Positions 17,380 to 24,000 of a stretch of 24,000 nt of DNA are shown in pieces. The stretch's first letter is position 1, and every line of letters starts with the position of its first letter. This DNA is from Ignavibacteriales bacterium. Lineage in GTDB: Bacteria > Bacteroidota > Ignavibacteria > UBA10030 > JAHEZR01. A program made the translations under genes and the position numbers. Below the pieces are notes generated by a model. The model was not told the DNA's origin and searched no databases. It was given only the letters and a program-made list of their open reading frames with translations. The DNA is taken from NCBI GenBank assembly GCA_037446075.1, contig JBBIJH010000013.1, positions 7,784 through 31,783 on the forward strand, given 5' to 3'.

Positions 17380-17847
17380 TTAGTCTGGGCGTTCTAGGTC
17401 CGTAACGAGGTTGAATCGCGTGATCTTGGTTTTCTCAAAGATATTCATCACATCCATCACGGGGCCATACTCAACATCCTTATCCCCCCTGATCACAAAG
17501 CGCAGCTTGGGGTTTGCAACCCGTGCGTTGACCAGGAGACGTTCGAGGTCGGCCAGCTCGACTCGGACGCTCGGTTTCAATCTCGCTTCTTCGCCGAAGA
17601 GGCGGACTCGGAGTCCCTGTTGGTCTACGCCGAGGTAAATCTGGCCCTCCTTGCTGACCGTGACCATTGCTACGTCAGATTCGGGCAGCTTGATGGGCGA
17701 GTGAGAGGACGGAAGGACGATGGACACTTCCTCCGGCGGTCGGAATTGGGTGGTCAGCATAAAGAACGTCAGCAACAAGAGAGTGACGTCCACCATCGGT
17801 GTCATATCAATCTTGACTCCGACGCGCCCTTTCTTGAACTTCGGCAT
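17380..17847 (-). CDS. exbD: ExbD/TolR biopolymer transport protein (first copy)
   Basis: Motif IDMTPMVDVTLLLLTFFMLTT, with GAGAGGAG 9 nt upstream of the ATG. Confidence 0.9.
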   Translation of the reverse strand: MPKFKKGRVGVKIDMTPMVDVTLLLLTFFMLTTQFRPPEEVSIVLPSSHSPIKLPESDVAMVTVSKEGQIYLGVDQQGLRVRLFGEEARLKPSVRVELADLERLLVNARVANPKLRFVIRGDKDVEYGPVMDVMNIFEKTKITRFNLVTDLERPD

Positions 17848-17863
17848 ACAGGCTTACTCCTCT

Positions 17864-18616
17864 CTACCTGCCAGCACCGCGCTCAGTGAGTATCTGAATA
17901 ACGTTGTAGCTGGCCTCGTCGATCATGTAGGTGAAATTGTCAACCTTGTTAGTGAAGAAGTTGTAGAAGACAATTCCCAGGATTGCAGCGAACAACCCGC
18001 CCGCGGTATTGATCAGGGCTTCTGAAATTCCAATCGAAAGCTGGATGGCATCGGGTGCGCCATGGTGAGCAAGAGCGCGGAATGCTCGGATCATTCCAAT
18101 CGTCGTTCCGAGCAGACCGACCATCGTGGCAATGGAGGCGATTGTTGAGAGGGCGATCAAGTTCTTCTCTAGTAGCGGAGTTTCCAGCATCATCGCCTCT
18201 TCGATGGCACGCTGGACTTCTGCCATCTGTTTCTCTCCTGCTACGGTGTTCTCGGCGCTAATCTGCTTGTACCGTTCAAGACCGGTTCGGAGGATGTTCG
18301 CGCACGATCCGCGTTGCTTATTACATTCTGCGATCGCGCCATCAACGTTTCCGTCCATAAGATGTCTTTCCACTCTCCTGAGAAAAGCCGTGATGGAGCC
18401 TTTCCCGTTTGCTTTCCGGAGTGAGAAGGTACGCTCAAAGACAAACGTGATCACCATGATGGAGAGCGTCATAAGAACGACGACGAGCGGTCCTCCTTTA
18501 TAGATGAATTCCATGCCGAACTCATCGTTTGGCGCTCCCATGATAAACAGATACACTGCGAGCGAGGCACCGAAGGCGACCACCAGCAGCAGACTAATGA
18601 AAAGCGATTGTTTCAT
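17864..18616 (-). CDS. exbB: MotA/TolQ/ExbB proton-channel protein
   Basis: 250 aa with three TM segments and the family C-terminal core TMVGLLGTTIGMIRAF...ISEALINTAGGLFAAILGIVFYNFF. GAGGAGC lies upstream of the ATG. Confidence 0.9.
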   Translation of the reverse strand: MKQSLFISLLLVVAFGASLAVYLFIMGAPNDEFGMEFIYKGGPLVVVLMTLSIMVITFVFERTFSLRKANGKGSITAFLRRVERHLMDGNVDGAIAECNKQRGSCANILRTGLERYKQISAENTVAGEKQMAEVQRAIEEAMMLETPLLEKNLIALSTIASIATMVGLLGTTIGMIRAFRALAHHGAPDAIQLSIGISEALINTAGGLFAAILGIVFYNFFTNKVDNFTYMIDEASYNVIQILTERGAGR

Positions 18617-18674
18617 TTCACCTAGCTCCTCAAAGAATAATAATGAAGTTTATTAATGCATCCCTTCTACTGAG

Positions 18675-18703
18675 AATTTATAAAATCCAACGGCAAGAGT
18701 CAA
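18675..18703 (-). promoter_or_regulatory. Sigma-70-like promoter candidate for the exbB operon
   Basis: The minus strand reads TTGACT (18703-18698), a 17-nt spacer, then TAAATT (18680-18675), about 60 nt upstream of the exbB ATG. Confidence 0.45.
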
Positions 18704-18709
18704 CTTTCC

Positions 18710-19057
18710 TTACCTTGCGAAACTTGCGATGGCATCGAGCTGGCTGTCGAGCACGTCAAACACGAGCGTAAGTTTCGTAATTACAAAGATGTTCTTGATA
18801 TTCTTGTTGACGTTACAGAGCTTGATCTTTCCTCCCTGTTTTGAATAACTTGTGTGTGCAGACACGAGCGTGCCGAGAGCGGTGCTGTTCAGGTAATCCA
18901 CTTTTCCAAGATCGATGAGAACTTTTCGATGGCCGTCGTTCAACAGCTTTGCCAACGACTCTTTCAACTCATCTGTCTCATTCCCTCCTATCAATGAGCC
19001 CTTCGGTTCGAGAAGCACAATGTTCCCCTCGCTCAGTTTGGTAACCTTGATTGCCAT
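18710..19057 (-). CDS. STAS-domain protein (anti-sigma-factor antagonist, SpoIIAA/RsbV-like)
   Basis: 115 aa with a typical layout: IVLLEPKGSLIGGNETDELKESLAKLL...VLIDLGKVDYLNSTALGTLV...GGKIKLCNVNKNIKNIFVITKL. The Ser/Thr in YLNSTALG sits at the usual phosphorylation position. GAAGGAG is upstream. Confidence 0.85.
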   Translation of the reverse strand: MAIKVTKLSEGNIVLLEPKGSLIGGNETDELKESLAKLLNDGHRKVLIDLGKVDYLNSTALGTLVSAHTSYSKQGGKIKLCNVNKNIKNIFVITKLTLVFDVLDSQLDAIASFAR

Positions 19058-19108
19058 AACGCTCCTTCTGGCTTGTGGCGCTAGAATGGTCCGATGTCAG
19101 TAACGGTC

Positions 19109-19212
19109 AGGAAAGAACTTCTGCGGGTATATCCAAGGGTTTAGAAAACGAACCTCGACGGCTTCCCAATATAACTTTTTTTTCCAAAAAAGCAATTTAG
19201 AAGTTCTTTCCT
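19109..19212. repeat. Perfect 14-bp inverted repeat (AGGAAAGAACTTCT ... AGAAGTTCTTTCCT) separated by 76 bp
   Basis: The left arm is 19109-19122 and the right arm 19199-19212. I read them as exact reverse complements. The spacer holds an AT-rich tract, T8CCA6. Confidence 0.85.
19168..19195 (-). promoter_or_regulatory. Sigma-70-like promoter candidate for the STAS gene, bracketed by the inverted repeat
   Basis: The minus strand reads TTGCTT (19195-19190), a 16-nt spacer, then TATATT (19173-19168), about 110 nt upstream of the STAS ATG. Confidence 0.4.
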
Positions 19213-19680
19213 AGGCATACCAGTGCCTCCCCACCATGGTAGATGCGGCAAACCCTCGAAAGTTTCTCCTCTGCCAAGCTTCGCCTGAGACCGCCCTAGG
19301 ATCCTTTGGGCTCCATATCTCCCGCCCGTTATTGTCCACGTCCGCTGGCATAGTGATATTCTAGCTTTAATGATTTCATGGGGATATTCACTTTGACATC
19401 ATGTCCAATCTCAGGCGAGACGGGGCGATCACACGGGACGTCCTGAGCGCGCTTGGGTTTGCATTTTTCTGCAAATTTGGTTAGAATCCTGCCGCGTTAG
19501 GCCAGAACAGGTCTAAGGATTGAGGCGAATATAGCTGCTCTGATAAAATACGGAACCAGCCGACCGAGAGTCCTTGGCTGGGTCCGAAGCGCGGCCATCC
19601 TTGACGGCGACTGGGGAACCAGTATCTGTTACGTTCTGGGGATTGCCTTTACCCTCGCCGGGTACAGTGCTGGGTTCCAT

Positions 19681-21249
19681 TTGGGGGTGATGCTGATCTT
19701 CACGGCACTGGTCGCCGTTAACTACATCACGATTTGCCGACTATACCCGGGTGGTGGGGGCGTCTATAGCTCTCTTCGCCATCGATCCCACACCGTGGCG
19801 GTCATCGGGGCACTCCTCTTGGCAGCCGATTTTATTATCACAATAGCCCTCTCCATCATTGATGCTTGCCATTATATCGGGGTGGACAATCCACAGGCAT
19901 GGGCGATTGTAATCATACTCTGTATTGGGATCCTGAATTGGTTCGGGCCGAGGAAAGCGGGTTCGGTCGCCTTGTGGATTTCGGCTCTGACCGTCGCCGC
20001 CCTCGCCACGATTATCCTCTTTTCAGCTCCGACTGCACTAACGCAATTAGAGCTTCTTCCGCCAAAGGGCGGCTTCCTCCCGAATTGGTGGATCTTTGTT
20101 GGAATCATCCTCAGTATTTCGGGGATCGAATCTGTTTCTAACATGACGGGCGTCATGCGGGATCCTGCACGAACGTCGAGGCGGGCGATTCTGACTGTCC
20201 TGACAAAGGTTGCCATCGCGACAGTCTTCCTTAGCTTGGCGATGCTGGCGATCCCCAACCTTCAGGGGCACACCGAAGATATGATTCGGCATCTGGGGGA
20301 ACTCTATGTTGGGAGTTGGTTCGGATACTTTGTGGGAATTGTTCTTGGCCTCCTGCTCATCTCCGCTGGGAACACGGCGATTGCCGGTCTTATCTCTCTA
20401 CAATTCCTGATGGCTGTTGACGGAGAATTGCCGATTCAATTGAGAAAGCTGAACAAGCACGGCGTCCCCGAGATCCCAGTTCTGATGGCTACGGGAATTC
20501 CTATCGCCGTGTTGATGGTAATCCATGATGTTCTCACCCTCAGTCAACTCTACGCCATCGGAGTCGTCGGGGCAATTCTTCTGAACGTTGCTTCAACTGC
20601 TACGGACAAATCTTTGCCAGTGAAGACGCGCGAGCGGATTTTCATGCTCATCTCTGCGGTCGTTCTTTTCGCCGTCGAAGCATCGATCGCGATCGCAAAG
20701 CATAAGGCGCTTATCTTTGCTCTACTGGTAATTGGTGCTGGTCTTGCCGCGAGGGAATATGCTAAGAGGCGAAAGGTGTTTGTTCCTGTCCCTGAAGCTG
20801 TAGCGAGTGAGGCCGCGCTTTCACATGGTTTCTTCTCCCCCTCGGCAGCCAGTGCTCGCTTCCTTGTTGCGTACAAGCAAGGCCGCGACAAGCTATTACG
20901 TTTCGCTGCCTCGGAAGCCAAGCATCATGATGCCATGCTGTACGTTCTCCAGGTCAAAGAGGTATCCGTAGGTTATCTTCCAGAGCAGGTCCCCAACGGC
21001 GCACCCGTCAGTGATCAAATGGTGGAGGAGGTCTGCGCTGAATATGGCGTGGATTATAAGGCAATCTCGATGATCAGTAATGAGGTCGGCTATACGATCG
21101 CGGAGAACGCTGCGATGCTCGGGGTGGATCGCGTCATCCTTGGCACCCCGAAGCGCACAATGCTCGAGCGAGCACTAAAGGGGAACGTCATCGAGACCGT
21201 GTCGAACCTTTTGCCGGAGGAAATACAGCTGGTCGTCTTCGCAGGTTAA
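19681..21249 (+). CDS. APC-superfamily permease fused to a C-terminal universal stress protein (USP) domain. The true 5' end probably lies upstream, near 19531-19543.
   Basis: Multiple TMs are present, with YPGGGGVYSSL and ILSISGIESVSNMTGVMRDPARTSRRAI (APC-type G-x-E...P-x-R motif). The C-terminal 131 aa (nt 20854-21246) are USP-like (FLVAYKQGRDKLLRFAASEAKHHDAMLYVLQV...VDRVILGT...). The frame is open back to 19501 and encodes a TM1-like segment upstream of the first canonical start. Confidence 0.8.
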   Translation: MGVMLIFTALVAVNYITICRLYPGGGGVYSSLRHRSHTVAVIGALLLAADFIITIALSIIDACHYIGVDNPQAWAIVIILCIGILNWFGPRKAGSVALWISALTVAALATIILFSAPTALTQLELLPPKGGFLPNWWIFVGIILSISGIESVSNMTGVMRDPARTSRRAILTVLTKVAIATVFLSLAMLAIPNLQGHTEDMIRHLGELYVGSWFGYFVGIVLGLLLISAGNTAIAGLISLQFLMAVDGELPIQLRKLNKHGVPEIPVLMATGIPIAVLMVIHDVLTLSQLYAIGVVGAILLNVASTATDKSLPVKTRERIFMLISAVVLFAVEASIAIAKHKALIFALLVIGAGLAAREYAKRRKVFVPVPEAVASEAALSHGFFSPSAASARFLVAYKQGRDKLLRFAASEAKHHDAMLYVLQVKEVSVGYLPEQVPNGAPVSDQMVEEVCAEYGVDYKAISMISNEVGYTIAENAAMLGVDRVILGTPKRTMLERALKGNVIETVSNLLPEEIQLVVFAG

Positions 21250-21366
21250 GGGATCGACGCGCTTTCGTTCGAGGTATCCCGTTCTCTCTTCGTCTCTCTC
21301 CACGCCTTCTCATATTGGTATCTCTGAGAACGAGGTAGGATAATCTGATCTTGTAACAGTCCTAAC

Positions 21367-22278
21367 GTGAGAATTCTTCTTACCGGCGGTACGGGCTTTC
21401 TGGGACAGCCACTCGTCAGGCGGTTAGTCCAAGAGAAGCATCAGGTTATAGTCCTGACGAGGAACCCGGAGCATGCACGAAGTGTGGGAACTGGGCAGGC
21501 ACAAGTCGAAAGGTGGGACGCCAGAACTGTCGGCCCATGGGCCCAGCGGGTCGAGGAATCGGATGCCGTGATAAACCTTGCAGGTGAACCCCTAGGAGTC
21601 GGACGATGGACCGAAGCGCGAAAGGTTCGTATTATTAACAGCAGAGTGGAAGCCACGAGAGCGATTGTATCTGCCATTAAAGGGGCACGAAAGAAACCTC
21701 GCGTTCTCATCAACGCTGGTGGGGTTGGCTACTACGGTCATGTGGAAAGTGAAGTGGTCACGGAGTCACATCCGAAAGGAGCAGATTTTCTGGCCAACGT
21801 AGTTGCGCGATGGGAAGAAGAGGCGAGTGTTGCGGAAGCCTACGGCGTGCGAGTCGTCAGGCTGCGGATGGGAATAGTTCTGGAGAAAGATGGCGGTGCG
21901 TTGAAAAGGATAAGGCTTCCTTTCAAGTTATTTGTCGGAGGGACGCTTGGGTCCGGCCGTCAGTGGTTGCCTTGGATCCACCGGGACGATGTCTTGAACA
22001 TCATTCTATTCGCACTGGAACACACCGAGCTTTCTGGCCCAATCAACCTCGTGGCACCAGAACCTGTGACGATGAAAGAATTCTGCAAAGCTCTTGGCAA
22101 GGCGATGCGACGGCCTTCTTGGGTGCCAGTGCCACCGTTTCTGTTGAGACTTGCCTTAGGAGAGATGGCTGATATGGTTCTTACAGGCCAGCGAGCTATC
22201 CCGAGCAAGCTTGAAGCAGCAGGCTACAAGTTCCTGTACCCCAGACTCGATGATGCTCTCCGAGCAATCCTCAGTTGA
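21367..22278 (+). CDS. YfcH-like epimerase family protein (SDR/NAD-binding domain with a DUF1731-type C-terminus)
   Basis: GTG start. The N-terminus is a Rossmann motif (MRILLTGGTGFLGQPL), followed by INLAGEPL, RW, VRLRMGIVL, GSGRQWLPWIHRDD and the end AGYKFLYPRLDDAL, typical of this family. Confidence 0.85.
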   Translation: MRILLTGGTGFLGQPLVRRLVQEKHQVIVLTRNPEHARSVGTGQAQVERWDARTVGPWAQRVEESDAVINLAGEPLGVGRWTEARKVRIINSRVEATRAIVSAIKGARKKPRVLINAGGVGYYGHVESEVVTESHPKGADFLANVVARWEEEASVAEAYGVRVVRLRMGIVLEKDGGALKRIRLPFKLFVGGTLGSGRQWLPWIHRDDVLNIILFALEHTELSGPINLVAPEPVTMKEFCKALGKAMRRPSWVPVPPFLLRLALGEMADMVLTGQRAIPSKLEAAGYKFLYPRLDDALRAILS

Positions 22279-22317
22279 GGCTCTTCCACACGAGGCTTTC
22301 CAAATAGACTGAGTTCT

Positions 22318-23769
22318 TCATGCGGTGTCTATCGGCAGGTAGACAGTGAACGTACTCCCCTTTTGGGGTTCGCTTTGAACGTCGATTCTGCCGCCATGAG
22401 CGTCTGCAATCCACTTCGAGATCGACAGACCTAGCCCACTTCCACCCAACGCCCGCGAGCGGGCTTTGTCAACTCTATAGAAACGGTCGAAGATCTTTGG
22501 GATCTCTTCCTTCGGAATCCCAATCCCAGTATCTCGGATGGAAATGATCGCCGTGCCGTTGGACCGCTGTAGCTCCAGGAAAATGCTCCCGCGTTCTGGA
22601 GTGTACTTGATTGCGTTGTCGATAATGTTGAGGAAAAGCTGGCGAAGCCTGACTTTATCGCCCATGACACGGACTTCATCCGCCTTTTGGAGTATTACGG
22701 TGATGTTCTTCTTCTCGGCGAGAATTTCGCCGTCTTCATAAAGCTCACGGAGGATCTCATGGAGCGAGACTGGCTCCCGATGGAGTTCCAGTCGGCCAAG
22801 ATCGGCTTTGGAAAGCATTAGGAGGTTTTCCACGATCGAGGACATTCGAATGATCTCTTCCAGATTGCTTGCCAGGACTCTCCGGTACTCTTCCGGGGTT
22901 CTCTCACTGTGAAGTGCCACCTCAACTTCTCCTCGCATGATTGTAAGCGGAGTCCGCAGTTCATGTGAGGCATCGATAGAGAATTGCTTGATCTGATCGA
23001 ACGAAGCCCGAAGCCGCCCGATCATCTCGTTGAACGTTGAGGCAAGTCGGCCCAGCTCGTCGTTCACTCCGGAATGTGGAATTTTCTGTTCCAGATTCTG
23101 CGCGGTAATTGCGCGTGCCGTCTTCGTCATCTCATCAACGGGCTTAAGAGATTTGTTGGCGAGGAACCAGCCGAGGGCAATGGAGAGAAGAACTGCAATC
23201 GGAGCTAGAATCAAGAAGTGGGAGAAAAGGTTCTCAAGGACCTCGTTCAGCTCCTGCAATGGGTAAGCGACATAGATTTTCATCCGCTCATTCTGCGTGA
23301 CGGCAAGTCGAAGAGAGATGTTCTTGAACCCTGTCGTGTTCACGAGGAGGATGTGGTCGGTAGGAATTTCAGGATAGAAGAGGCTATCGTCTTCCAGAGT
23401 CGGTGATTTATAAATTCTTCTCCCTCGCGTATCCGTAATCTGGATAAACTGTTTCTTTGGATTCAGCAGAGTATGCTCATAGATTTGACGCCAGATTTCA
23501 TCTCTTGGGACAATCTCTTCTTCTTCGGCGCTCGCTCCCTCCTTTTTTTCTTGTGAGGGCGCTTGAACTTGACGTGAGCGTTTCTGAGGGTACCTCCTCG
23601 AAAGAATTTCGTTTAACCACTTCACTTCGTTCCGCAGGGAGTGGTCAAGGTTTTCCGACAGCGTTTCACTCGTCGTGTAGTACGCCGTAAGTCCAAAGGC
23701 AATGAGGGTTAGGCCGACGACCAAGCTATACCACGCCGTCAGCTTCGTGCGAATAGAACGGATGAACAT
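22318..23769 (-). CDS. Two-component sensor histidine kinase (2 TM, periplasmic loop, HAMP, HisKA, HATPase_c)
   Basis: H-box SHELRTPLT, N-box LFLNIIDNAIKYT, G1 DTGIGI, G2 GGSGLGLSI, and HAMP-like KSLKPVDEMTKTARAITAQNLEQKI after the second TM. Confidence 0.92.
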   Translation of the reverse strand: MFIRSIRTKLTAWYSLVVGLTLIAFGLTAYYTTSETLSENLDHSLRNEVKWLNEILSRRYPQKRSRQVQAPSQEKKEGASAEEEEIVPRDEIWRQIYEHTLLNPKKQFIQITDTRGRRIYKSPTLEDDSLFYPEIPTDHILLVNTTGFKNISLRLAVTQNERMKIYVAYPLQELNEVLENLFSHFLILAPIAVLLSIALGWFLANKSLKPVDEMTKTARAITAQNLEQKIPHSGVNDELGRLASTFNEMIGRLRASFDQIKQFSIDASHELRTPLTIMRGEVEVALHSERTPEEYRRVLASNLEEIIRMSSIVENLLMLSKADLGRLELHREPVSLHEILRELYEDGEILAEKKNITVILQKADEVRVMGDKVRLRQLFLNIIDNAIKYTPERGSIFLELQRSNGTAIISIRDTGIGIPKEEIPKIFDRFYRVDKARSRALGGSGLGLSISKWIADAHGGRIDVQSEPQKGSTFTVYLPIDTA

Positions 23770-23772
23770 GGC

Positions 23773-24000
23773 TCAGTTCTCTTTGAGAACATACCCGACG
23801 CCTCGTACCGTGTGGAGGAGTTTCTTCTCGAAGCCGCCGTCAATCTTATTCCTCAGGTGGTTGACATACACATCGATCAGGTTGGTTCCCGTATCGAAGT
23901 TGTAGCCCCAGACATGTTCGGAGATCACAGGGCGAGAAAGAACTTTGTTTTTGTTCTTCATGAAGAGTTCCAACACCGTGAACTCCTTGCTCGTCAGGTT
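23773..24000 (-). CDS. OmpR-family response regulator, C-terminal winged-helix DNA-binding part. The 5' end lies outside the window.
   Basis: The frame is open to the window edge. The translation LTSKEFTVLELFMKNKNKVLSRPVISEHVWGYNFDTGTNLIDVYVNHLRNKID...LHTVRGVGYVLKE is the classic Trans_reg_C pattern. Its stop lies 3 nt before the kinase ATG. Confidence 0.9.
   Translation of the reverse strand, partial: NLTSKEFTVLELFMKNKNKVLSRPVISEHVWGYNFDTGTNLIDVYVNHLRNKIDGGFEKKLLHTVRGVGYVLKEN

Noticed and set aside
19176-19191. The T8CCA6 tract, considered as a hairpin or terminator.
   Set aside because: The 2-nt loop is sterically impossible for a stable hairpin. It is more likely just the AT-rich spacer of the promoter-like element.
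19401-19484. A 27-aa ORF (MSNLRRDGAITRDVLSALGFAFFCKFG) containing a CTCAGG...CCTGAG hairpin. I considered it as a leader peptide or attenuator, or as a frameshifted N-terminus of the permease.
   Set aside because: There is no RBS, no run of regulatory codons and no terminator/antiterminator alternative that I can draw. The frame-1 sequence downstream already supplies a complete TM1, so no frameshift is needed. It is not excluded, only unsupported.
21250-21290. GGGATCGA...TCGAGGTATCCC stem after the permease-USP gene, considered as a terminator.
   Set aside because: The stem is interrupted by a 4-nt bulge and is followed by a CT-rich rather than a U-rich tract. Confidence is too low to list it as a feature.
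1-24000. I searched by eye for CRISPR arrays, tRNA/rRNA genes, transposases or integrases, phage genes, toxin-antitoxin pairs and defence-system hallmarks.
   Set aside because: I saw no regularly spaced direct repeats and no cloverleaf-like or rRNA-like conserved stretches. Every long ORF has a housekeeping transport, envelope or signalling identity, so I cannot support the presence of a mobile or defence island.

Overview
The window reads as ordinary chromosomal DNA from a Gram-negative bacterium. The gene content suggests the FCB group (Bacteroidota, Chlorobi or Ignavibacteria-like), but this is a low-confidence inference. It is densely coding and dominated by envelope and membrane-transport genes. 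I found no rRNA, tRNA, CRISPR array, transposase, integrase or recognisable defence system.

Gene order, left to right:
- 3' end of RNase R (+).
- A 1069-aa secreted protein (+) that fuses a HEXXH/NEGxxEY gluzincin-like domain, PD40/TolB-like propeller repeats and an Omp85-type C-terminal barrel.
- A minus-strand run of transporters: a DAACS symporter, an APC permease, an ArsB/NhaD-like permease, a membrane pyrophosphatase with Na+-pump-type signature residues, and an NSS transporter with a 35-aa MetS-like small subunit in an ATGA overlap.
- A seven-gene minus-strand operon: exbB-exbD-exbD-tonB, a 70-aa membrane protein, a PstS-like lipoprotein and a TPR protein.
- An orphan STAS gene (-).
- A 620-bp intergenic region containing a perfect 14-bp inverted repeat.
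- An APC-superfamily permease fused to a USP domain (+), whose conserved N-terminus has no canonical start codon.
- A YfcH-like epimerase (+).
- A histidine kinase and OmpR-type regulator pair (-, regulator truncated by the window end).

I do not see a clear-cut new system. The best candidates for a second look are the fused outer-membrane protein, the Ton/Tol-like operon with PBP and TPR genes, the sodium-cycle transporter cluster, the insertion domains in the NSS and DAACS carriers, and the start-codon and repeat oddities around 19.1-19.7 kb. All functional calls rest on motif recognition by eye, without database searches.
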